Below are positions 30,421 to 38,506 of a stretch of DNA of 64,000 bases, piece by piece. How positions within the stretch are numbered: position 1 is the stretch's first letter; the number at the start of each line of letters is the position of its first letter. The translations under genes were made by a program, and so were the position numbers. This stretch comes from Chitinophagaceae bacterium. Its GTDB lineage: Bacteria; Bacteroidota; Bacteroidia; Chitinophagales; Chitinophagaceae. The stretch spans positions 12,130-76,129 of the forward strand of contig JBIIJE010000001.1 in assembly GCA_044234005.1 (NCBI GenBank). Reading direction: 5' to 3'. The notes under the pieces were generated by a model that was not told the origin of the DNA, ran no database searches, and was given only the letters and a program-made list of their open reading frames with translations.

Positions 30421-30750
30421 TATGATTATCCGTAAAGTTACCTATTTTCTTTTCCATCTCGTCACATGTGACGAGACAAGGCTGAAGATTCTCAGCATAA
30501 AAATAATTTCATCTACACTACTTTTATCCAAACTCGCACATGCAGATACTAGCTCCATCACTAAATTCGGTTGTGCTCAAACAGTGGATAAAAGTTAAGT
30601 TCCGATTTCAATATTTTTATATGCCTCAAATCTTAGGCCGTATCCAACAATAAAACTTTTACTTGATACAATGCTTTGAAAAAATTAGGTACTAAATTGA
30701 TGTCGTCTGTATTCATTCACCATATTAAGGTAGTTTAACGGATAATCATT
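30421..30750. mobile_element. MITE-like non-coding element (about 330 bp) with imperfect terminal inverted repeats and flanking 8-bp direct repeats
   Basis: ATGATTATCCGTAAAGTTACC (30422-30442) versus the reverse complement of GGTAGTTTAACGGATAATCAT (30729-30749) gives 18/21 identity, with the first 12 bp perfect. Identical AAAAGTTT sequences lie at 30413-30420 and 30751-30758. The element has no ORF of 60 aa or more. Confidence 0.4.
30457..30476. promoter_or_regulatory. Perfect 20-bp palindrome TCTCGTCACATGTGACGAGA (candidate dimeric-regulator operator)
   Basis: The sequence equals its own reverse complement. An extra copy of the half-site CTCGTCAC lies 49 bp to the left, at 30402-30409. Confidence 0.4.
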
Positions 30751-30944
30751 AAAAGTTTGAATAACAATTCTAACAAAATAATCTTCCGTATTACCTCTGT
30801 TTAATTCTATTAATTTCATAGCAATATGGCTCGAAAATTAAACAACTCTTCAATTCCATAGCTTCAAAAATTTAGCCGAAATAATACAATTTACTAGTTC
30901 AATGAATTTTCAACAAGATATATAATTCCTCAGAAAACACAAGC

Positions 30945-32060
30945 CTATGATCCTATCATAAGTGGCATTAAAAGCATTAGCAAATCTTCATTTTCTTTTT
31001 TCTCTGCTGGCTTCACAATGCCTGCACGATTCGGTGTGCTTAATTCAAATTTAATTTCCTCGCTATCTAACGCAACCACTAACTCCAACAATAATCTTGC
31101 GTTGAAAGCTATTTTCATATCATCACCATCGTATTGGCAAGGCAATTGTTCGTTACCTTCAAATGAAAAATCGACATCTTGTGCGTATAAATGCAAATTG
31201 TTACCTACGATATCAAGTACAACTTGATTGGTAGTTTTATTCGCAAAAACACTTACTCGGCGCAATGCACTCACAAATTCTGCTTTTGTTAAGGTTAGCG
31301 TAAATGGACTATCTGCAGGAATCACGACCTTGTAATCAGGAAATTTCGCGTCGATAAGTCGAGAGCTTAATTGAATATGTTCTCCTTCCACAAACAGATG
31401 ATTTGTGTTGAACGAAACTTTCACTTCGGTGGAAGAGCTTAAATTATTCTTTAACTGATTTAGCGCCTTACGAGGTACGATGAAGCTAGTTTCAATTGGA
31501 CATCGAACATCAGTTTTTACACAACGCACCAATCGATGAGCATCGGTTGCCACGAATGTCAAATTGCTTTTGCCTAACTCAAAAAACACCCCACTCATGG
31601 CAGGTCTTATATCATCATTGCTTACTGCTATGATAGTTTTGGCAATGCCGTCACTTAATTCGGCTGCCGACATAGTGAATGTATCAATATCCTCAGCATC
31701 AGGCTCGGTAGGATAGCTTTTAGCATCTTCGCCTACAATTTTATATTTACCTTGCTCACTTGTGATATCGATGCCATAATCGCCCAAATTAATTTCAAAT
31801 GTGATGGGTTGCTCTGGCAAATTTTTAAGATACTCTAATAATACTTTGGCTTGAATGCATACACTCCCCTCTTCGGTAGATTGAACATCCATATGTACTT
31901 TCATCATCGTCTCCAAATCGGTACTTACGATGGAAAGTTTATCTTTTCGTAAATCAAATAAGAATGATTCAAGAATGGGCAATACATTGTTCGTGCTGAT
32001 GATACCACCAATACTTTGTAAATTTTTTAATAATATACTAGATGAAACTATGAAACGCAT
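30945..32060 (-). CDS. dnaN: DNA polymerase III subunit beta (sliding clamp)
   Basis: The translation from the ATG at 32060 starts MRFIVSSSILLKNLQSIGGIISTNNVLPILESFLF and ends ...LLMLLMPLMIGS. Length and pattern are typical of DnaN. The track ORF begins 30 nt further upstream at a TTG that is part of a -7 promoter box. Confidence 0.9.
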   Translation of the reverse strand: MRFIVSSSILLKNLQSIGGIISTNNVLPILESFLFDLRKDKLSIVSTDLETMMKVHMDVQSTEEGSVCIQAKVLLEYLKNLPEQPITFEINLGDYGIDITSEQGKYKIVGEDAKSYPTEPDAEDIDTFTMSAAELSDGIAKTIIAVSNDDIRPAMSGVFFELGKSNLTFVATDAHRLVRCVKTDVRCPIETSFIVPRKALNQLKNNLSSSTEVKVSFNTNHLFVEGEHIQLSSRLIDAKFPDYKVVIPADSPFTLTLTKAEFVSALRRVSVFANKTTNQVVLDIVGNNLHLYAQDVDFSFEGNEQLPCQYDGDDMKIAFNARLLLELVVALDSEEIKFELSTPNRAGIVKPAEKKENEDLLMLLMPLMIGS

Positions 32061-32087
32061 GTAATAATCAGTTTTTCGATTTGCGGA

Positions 32088-32095
32088 CAAATATA
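32088..32095 (-). promoter_or_regulatory. Candidate -7 promoter box (TATATTTG) of dnaN
   Basis: The minus-strand sequence TATATTTG matches TAnnTTTG and lies 27 nt upstream of the ATG at 32060. Confidence 0.45.
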
Positions 32096-32512
32096 GTGAA
32101 ATTATATTTAGAGCTTCAAGCCAGATTTTAGGGCTAAAATTCTATTAAAAACCTAGCCCATTGATTTTTTCAACACTTATTAATGTAATTGAACCCAAAC
32201 TTTGCTGTTGAAAATGCAAACTGCAAAATCGATTCGAAAAATCTAGCCCCTTAGCAAACAACTTCGGCAAGATTTTCTAAATCGGGGTTACCGTGAAAAG
32301 CCTTAGGAGGCTTTATTCATAGCAGCCCACTTCGTTTTTGCTGCAAAATCTCGGTTGAATAGCTTACCAACAAACAACAAGACCTTGCTGGAATAGCTGT
32401 AATTGTTAATTCTATCCTTAAAATTTACCGTATAACTTTAATAGAAAAGCTTTTTGCTGCAATAGTTGTACTTTCGTGCCTCGAAAAAAATTAGGATAAG
32501 ACAAAAAGGTAC

Positions 32513-33661
32513 ATGAAAAAACGCGTAGCAATATTTGGTAGCACAGGTTCTATAGGCACACAAGCTTTAGAAGTGATTGCAGCGAATCCAAGTTTATTTA
32601 GTGCAGAAATCTTAACGGCACATGCCAATGCAGACTTATTAATATCCCAAGCCATTGAATTTAAGCCAAATGCTGTTGTCATTGGTGATGAAACGCAATA
32701 TAAAAAAGTCAACGAAGCATTAGCTACCCATCAAATCAAAGTGTTTGCGGGTGAAAAATCTTTAATAGAATTAGCAGCAAGTGACATGTACGATATACTT
32801 CTTGCTGGCATAGTTGGTTATGCAGGTCTTTCTTCTACACTATCAGCCTTAGAACAAGGCAAAACAGTTGCTCTCGCAAATAAAGAAACCTTGGTAGTAG
32901 CAGGTGATATCGTAACAGAAACGATTCAACGGAGAGGTGGTAGACTTATTCCAGTGGACAGCGAGCATTCTGCCATATTTCAATGTTTGGTAGGCGAGCA
33001 GAATAATCCAATTGAAAAAATTATTTTAACTGCATCAGGCGGCCCTTTTTTAGGTAAGAAACCAAACTTCTTAATTAATGTAAAGAAAGAGCATGCATTG
33101 GCACATCCTAATTGGATTATGGGTGCTAAAATATCAGTTGACTCTGCCAGTCTCATGAATAAAGGCTTAGAGATGATTGAAGCGAAGTGGTTGTTTGGTT
33201 TACAAAATGAACAAATTGAAGTGGTTGTACATCCTCAATCTATTATTCATTCAATGGTTCAATTTGAAGATGGCAGCATGAAAGCCCAAATGGGACTGCC
33301 AGATATGAAATTACCTATTCAATATGCCCTAGCTTACCCTCAACGAGTTCGGAATGATTTTAAAAGAATGAGTTTTAAAAACTATCCGAATCTTACTTTT
33401 GAAGCTCCAGATGTGAAAACATTCCGCAATTTAGCCCTCGCAAAAGATGCTATGTTTAAAGGAGGCAACGCGCCATGTGTTTTAAACGCCGCGAATGAAG
33501 TTGTAGTGGATGCATTTTTGAAAAATAAGCTAGGCTTTATTGAGATGAGTGATGTGATTGAAAAGTGCTTATCCGAAATCCCTTTTGAGGCAAAACCTAC
33601 TTTACAACATTATATTGATTGCAACTTTGAAACACGCAAACTAGCAAGCAACTACATTTAA
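32513..33661 (+). CDS. dxr: 1-deoxy-D-xylulose-5-phosphate reductoisomerase
   Basis: 382-aa ORF with MKKRVAIFGSTGSIGTQALEVI, LANKETLV, PVDSEHSAIFQC and NKGLEMIEA blocks typical of Dxr. Confidence 0.92.
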   Translation: MKKRVAIFGSTGSIGTQALEVIAANPSLFSAEILTAHANADLLISQAIEFKPNAVVIGDETQYKKVNEALATHQIKVFAGEKSLIELAASDMYDILLAGIVGYAGLSSTLSALEQGKTVALANKETLVVAGDIVTETIQRRGGRLIPVDSEHSAIFQCLVGEQNNPIEKIILTASGGPFLGKKPNFLINVKKEHALAHPNWIMGAKISVDSASLMNKGLEMIEAKWLFGLQNEQIEVVVHPQSIIHSMVQFEDGSMKAQMGLPDMKLPIQYALAYPQRVRNDFKRMSFKNYPNLTFEAPDVKTFRNLALAKDAMFKGGNAPCVLNAANEVVVDAFLKNKLGFIEMSDVIEKCLSEIPFEAKPTLQHYIDCNFETRKLASNYI

Positions 33662-33691
33662 TTTATATAAATTTATTTTACTTTATACTAC

Positions 33692-35059
33692 ATGGTACTA
33701 TTACAAATCGATTGGACAGAAGTTGGAATCAAAGCTGGACAACTTTTATTGTCGTTGAGTATTTTAGTGATTCTTCACGAATTTGGACATTATATTACAG
33801 CACGATGGTTTAAATGTCGTGTTGAAAAATTTTATCTGTTTTTTGATCCTTGGTTTTCATTATTTAAGAAAAAAATCGGCGATACCGAATACGGACTTGG
33901 TTGGCTACCCTTAGGTGGCTACGTAAAAATAGCTGGCATGATTGATGAAAGCATGGACAAAGAAGCTATGTCATTACCTGCACAGCCATGGGAATTTAGA
34001 AGTAAACCAGCTTGGCAACGATTAATCATTATGCTAGGTGGCATTATTGTAAATGTACTCCTTGCAATACTCATTTTCTCCTTGGTATTATATAAATGGG
34101 GTGATAGCAAAATTCCTATGTCTTCTTTAAAACATGGTGTTGCCATACAAGATAGTTTGTTGTATCAAGTAGGTTTCAGAAGTGGCGATAAGATTATCAG
34201 TATTGATGGTAAAAGTGCTGACTTCCTGGATGATGCTGCTTATAAAGTATTTACAGGTAAATCTGCTATTGTAGATAGAAATGGTGTACAAATACCGTTG
34301 AATTTCCCAGCAAATTTAATAGGAAAACTGGTTGAGAGTAAGCGTCGGTCAGGATCTCTCATAACGCCAAGGGTGCCAGCAATTATTGATTTTATTGATA
34401 AAAATGCGCCTGTTAAAAAAGCAGGTTTGCAAAAAGGTGATATTATTACGAGTATCGATAGTCAAGCCGTTAATTTTTTTGATGAAATGAAAACTTTATT
34501 AGCAGCATCCAAAGGCAATACGGTTCAAGTAGGTATCACTAGAAGTGGGCAAAATTTGGTGTTACAAACCACCTTAATGCCAGAAAAAAAATTGGGTGTG
34601 CTTCCTATTTTAGATGAGAAGAAATTAGATAGTATGCAGGTTTTAAAATTAATACATAATGAGTATTCGTTAGCAGCCTCATTTCCAGCAGGTGCAGCCT
34701 TAACGAAGGAAAAATTGGTTGGCTATGTGGATCAATTTCGATTAATATTTGATAGTAAAACCGAAGCTTACAAGGGACTTGGCGGCTTCAAAGCCATGGC
34801 TAATGCTTTCCCTGGCGTTTGGCATTGGGAGTCGTTTTGGCGTTTAACAGCCTTGCTTTCAATTATTTTAGCCTTTATGAATTTATTGCCTATACCTGCT
34901 TTAGATGGCGGGCATGTAATGTTTACTTTATATGAAATGATTACAGGTCGTAAGCCGCATGAAAAGTTCTTAGAATATGCACAAATAGCCGGTATGATAT
35001 TCTTACTATCGCTTATGGTATTAGCTAATGCGAATGACTGGATTGGTTGGGGTAGATAA
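33692..35059 (+). CDS. rseP: RIP metalloprotease RseP (site-2 protease, M50 family with PDZ domains)
   Basis: 455-aa ORF with an HEFGHY zinc motif in the first TM region, PDZ-like GDKIISIDG and GDIITSIDS segments, and a C-terminal NLLPIPALDGGH motif. Confidence 0.85.
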   Translation: MVLLQIDWTEVGIKAGQLLLSLSILVILHEFGHYITARWFKCRVEKFYLFFDPWFSLFKKKIGDTEYGLGWLPLGGYVKIAGMIDESMDKEAMSLPAQPWEFRSKPAWQRLIIMLGGIIVNVLLAILIFSLVLYKWGDSKIPMSSLKHGVAIQDSLLYQVGFRSGDKIISIDGKSADFLDDAAYKVFTGKSAIVDRNGVQIPLNFPANLIGKLVESKRRSGSLITPRVPAIIDFIDKNAPVKKAGLQKGDIITSIDSQAVNFFDEMKTLLAASKGNTVQVGITRSGQNLVLQTTLMPEKKLGVLPILDEKKLDSMQVLKLIHNEYSLAASFPAGAALTKEKLVGYVDQFRLIFDSKTEAYKGLGGFKAMANAFPGVWHWESFWRLTALLSIILAFMNLLPIPALDGGHVMFTLYEMITGRKPHEKFLEYAQIAGMIFLLSLMVLANANDWIGWGR

Positions 35060-35283
35060 GGTTTTAACTTTAAGACTTATCGAACAAATCAGCAATAGAA
35101 ATGTTGTAGGCACAAACCATACAAAGGAAGAATTAAATAAATACTTCTACAGGACATTGATGAATTGAAGAATTATCCTTCAAACTACCTTATTGAGGTA
35201 AATGAATATTAATGACTCCAATAGTATTAAAAACATTATTGCAAGTAATTTAATTTGCAATTTCCATCATGTTTAAAATAATC

Positions 35284-36474
35284 TTACTTACTTAAATACA
35301 TACTTCTGTCCTTATATAATTGTCTGAAATATGGGTCACGCAAATCTTTAATAAAGCGAATGGCTTCACCTGTTGATTTCATTTCAGGTCCTAATTCTTT
35401 ATTAACGCCTGGAAATTTATTGAAGCTAAATACAGGTTCTTTAATTGCGAAACCAGTTAGCTTTTTCTCATACGTAAAATCACTTAATTTATTGTAACCC
35501 AACATCACTTTAGTCGCTATATTTAGGTAAGGAATTTGATATGCCTTGGCTATAAATGGCGTGGTTCGACTTGCGCGTGGATTAGCTTCAATGACAAATA
35601 CATTGCCGTCTTTAATTGCAAACTGAATATTAATCAGCCCTTTAATATTAAGGGCCTTTGCAATTTTCAAAGCGTAATGCTCCATGGTGGCAACAACCAA
35701 AGGAGTGAGGTTAAATGCGGGCAGCACAGCATGGCTGTCTCCACTATGAATGCCTGCAGGCTCAATATGTTCCATCACACCCATCACATGCAACTGCTCT
35801 CCATCATAAATGGCGTCAACCTCCGCTTCCTGGCAACGATCTAAGAAATGGTCGATTAGAATTTTATTACCTGGTATATGCTTCAATAAACTTAGGACAG
35901 CTTTTTCTACCTCTTCGTCATTAATTACGATGCGCATACGCTGTCCACCAATTACATAACTCGGACGCACCAATACAGGATAGCCAACTTTATTAGCCAC
36001 TTCTATAGCTTCTTCGACATCTAGTGCAGTGCCATATTCAGGGTATGGAATACCAAGCTCTTTCAGCAAATCGCTAAACCTGCCTCTATCTTCCGCAATA
36101 TCCATATTATCAAAACTAGTACCTATAATCGGAATATTTTTTTCATGTAATTTCTTCGAAATTTTGAGCGCAGTTTGTCCACCTAATTGCACAATAACGC
36201 CTTCTGGTTTTTCGTGTTCAATAATTTCATAAATGTGCTCCCAGTTCACAGGTTCAAAATATAATTTATCTGCCATGTCAAAATCGGTGCTAACTGTTTC
36301 CGGATTGCAATTTATCATAATGGATTCATAGCCACATTCTTTAATTGCTAATAATCCATGTACGCAACAATAATCAAATTCGATACCTTGTCCGATTCGA
36401 TTCGGACCGCTACCCAATACAATAATTTTTTTCTTGTCGCTAACGATGCTTTCGTTGTGTTTGAGTTTTGTCAT
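35284..36474 (-). CDS. carB: Carbamoyl-phosphate synthase large subunit, C-terminal (second ATP-grasp) half as a separate ORF
   Basis: 396-aa ORF with KKKIIVLGSGPNRIGQGIEFDYCCVHG...INCNPETVSTDFD...EANPRASRT. This corresponds to the carbamoyl-phosphate synthetic domain of CarB (E. coli residues about 553-933). No MGS-like allosteric domain follows. Confidence 0.85.
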   Translation of the reverse strand: MTKLKHNESIVSDKKKIIVLGSGPNRIGQGIEFDYCCVHGLLAIKECGYESIMINCNPETVSTDFDMADKLYFEPVNWEHIYEIIEHEKPEGVIVQLGGQTALKISKKLHEKNIPIIGTSFDNMDIAEDRGRFSDLLKELGIPYPEYGTALDVEEAIEVANKVGYPVLVRPSYVIGGQRMRIVINDEEVEKAVLSLLKHIPGNKILIDHFLDRCQEAEVDAIYDGEQLHVMGVMEHIEPAGIHSGDSHAVLPAFNLTPLVVATMEHYALKIAKALNIKGLINIQFAIKDGNVFVIEANPRASRTTPFIAKAYQIPYLNIATKVMLGYNKLSDFTYEKKLTGFAIKEPVFSFNKFPGVNKELGPEMKSTGEAIRFIKDLRDPYFRQLYKDRSMYLSK

Positions 36475-36612
36475 ATTATGTTTGACTTGTTATTTATATT
36501 TTTTACTTCACAAAATTGATGCGTACATCGCGTTTCAATTTTCTCAGACCGCAGAGATTAATCTAGAGATAGTAAGCTTTCAATTTTCATGCTACAGTTT
36601 TCAAAATTGACA

Positions 36613-38289
36613 TTATAATACTAATTCATTTACAAATTGACTCTCTTTCTCAAACGTGCTATAGAAGTAAGGTGTTACCGCTTCAAATTCTGCTGCACAA
36701 GTATCTACCATTTTAAAAACACGTGTAATACCTAGATTCTTTCGCATCTGATATAGTTCATCTTCTGTTCCATCATTCATAATACGGCAGATTTGCTCGT
36801 CGCCAAAACCATGATGCTTGGCCTCACGCAATAATTCAGGTGGCAGGGTATCGAGCTTATACTTTTCTATTTCTTTTTCAATATCGCACAATAATTTAAT
36901 TTGATTTAAAAACCACTTATCAATTCCATGACTTGCTTTTGATATTGAATTGACACTTACCCCAGCCATCAAGGCATCTTTTATTCTAAATACCCTATCC
37001 CATTTCGGTGTTTTCAAAGATTCTAAAATCTCATCTGTTTTCATTAAACTTTTACCATAATAGCCTAAACCAACCGCATTGTTTTCTAAACTTTGACAAG
37101 CCTTTTGAATGGCCTCAGTAAAACATCTACCAATTGCCATCACTTCACCCACACTTTTCATCTGTAAGCCTAAAGTATCTTTAGCGCCTTTGAATTTATC
37201 AAAATTCCACCTTGGTATTTTTACTATAACATAATCTAAAGTAGGCTCGAAAAATGCAGAAGTATTTCCTGTAATTTGATTCTTTAATTCGTCTAAGCGA
37301 TAGCCGATCGCTAATTTAGCAGCGACTTTCGCAATTGGATACCCAGTAGCTTTGCTTGCTAATGCCGAAGAACGACTCACACGTGGGTTGATTTCAATGG
37401 CAATAATTTCTTCCGTATCAGGGTTTAGTGCAAACTGCACATTACACCCACCCGCGAAATTTCCTAAATCACGCATCATCGTAATGGCCGTATTGCGCAT
37501 TAATTGAAAAGCCGTATCACTTAAAGTCATAGCAGGGGCAACTGTTATAGAATCACCTGTATGCACACCCATAGGGTCAAAATTTTCAACTGTACAAATA
37601 ATACATACATTGTCAGCTGCATCGCGTAATAATTCCAACTCAAACTCCTTCCAACCCAATACAGCCTGCTCAACCAAAACCTCATGAATAGGTGATGCTT
37701 GCAAACCATTATTCAATGCATTATCTAAATCTTCGGGCGCGTTTACAAAACCTCCACCTGTTCCTCCTAGCGTAAATGATGGGCGAATCACCAATGGGAA
37801 TCCGATTTCTTGCGCAAACTCTTTTCCTTCTAAATAACTGTTTGCCGTTTTAGCTTTAGCAACAGTTACACCTAACTTTATCATCCATTGACGAAATTGC
37901 TCACGATCTTCAGCTTTGTCAATCGCTTTAATATCCACGCCGATTAATCGAGTATTATACTGCTTCCAGATACCTAATTCCTCCGCTTCTTTGGCTAAAT
38001 TAAGTGCTGTTTGCCCACCCATAGTTGGTAGAACCGCATCAATTTCATTTTCTTGTAAAATTTGTTCAATACTTTCTACATTGAGCGGTAAAAGATAAAC
38101 CCTATCTGCCATCATCGGGTCTGTCATGATGGTAGCCGGATTTGAATTAATTAGAATTACTTTGATTCCTTCTTCTCGCAAGGATCGTGCTGCTTGGGTT
38201 CCACTATAATCAAACTCACAAGCTTGACCAATGATAATTGGACCAGAACCGATAATTAAAACGGATTTGATTGAGTTGTCTTTAGGCAT
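36613..38289 (-). CDS. carB: Carbamoyl-phosphate synthase large subunit, N-terminal half (first ATP-grasp + oligomerisation domain) as a separate ORF
   Basis: The translation from the ATG at 38289 starts MPKDNSIKSVLIIGSGPIIIGQACEFDYSGTQA and runs to ...DTCAAEFEAVTPYFYSTFEKESQFVNELVL, then a stop at 36613-36615. The track ORF starts at a TTG 24 nt further upstream. Confidence 0.85.
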   Translation of the reverse strand: MPKDNSIKSVLIIGSGPIIIGQACEFDYSGTQAARSLREEGIKVILINSNPATIMTDPMMADRVYLLPLNVESIEQILQENEIDAVLPTMGGQTALNLAKEAEELGIWKQYNTRLIGVDIKAIDKAEDREQFRQWMIKLGVTVAKAKTANSYLEGKEFAQEIGFPLVIRPSFTLGGTGGGFVNAPEDLDNALNNGLQASPIHEVLVEQAVLGWKEFELELLRDAADNVCIICTVENFDPMGVHTGDSITVAPAMTLSDTAFQLMRNTAITMMRDLGNFAGGCNVQFALNPDTEEIIAIEINPRVSRSSALASKATGYPIAKVAAKLAIGYRLDELKNQITGNTSAFFEPTLDYVIVKIPRWNFDKFKGAKDTLGLQMKSVGEVMAIGRCFTEAIQKACQSLENNAVGLGYYGKSLMKTDEILESLKTPKWDRVFRIKDALMAGVSVNSISKASHGIDKWFLNQIKLLCDIEKEIEKYKLDTLPPELLREAKHHGFGDEQICRIMNDGTEDELYQMRKNLGITRVFKMVDTCAAEFEAVTPYFYSTFEKESQFVNELVL

Positions 38290-38350
38290 TTTTTTTTTAT
38301 CTCGCTTGCGCAAGAATTGATAAATGACTGACTTTTTGTTTGCTAAGTTG

Positions 38351-38358
38351 CAAATGTA
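38351..38358 (-). promoter_or_regulatory. Candidate -7 promoter box (TACATTTG) of the carB N-terminal half
   Basis: The minus-strand sequence TACATTTG matches TAnnTTTG and lies about 60 nt upstream of the ATG at 38289. Confidence 0.4.
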
Positions 38359-38477
38359 ATAGATGAAGAGTTTAATAAAAAGGAATGTGGAAAAAGAAAA
38401 TGTGATTCTTTAAAATATCTTCAGCAACTTATCTATTTAAATAATAGCTAGATATTGCAAACGGGAAATGTCGAATA

Positions 38478-38506
38478 TTAAATCCAAATTACACGACAGG
38501 ATTCGA
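38478..38506. repeat. Copy A of a dispersed repeat (AATCCAAATTACACGACAGGATTCGA)
   Basis: Within 38478-38506, a 26-nt match with 3 mismatches to 39551-39579. A second shared block is AAAAACTTGTCTT(G)AGAAT at 38621-38639 and 39772-39789. A third, with indels, is AAATAGAT..GCT..AA.AT.TTTTA on the minus strand. Confidence 0.6.
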
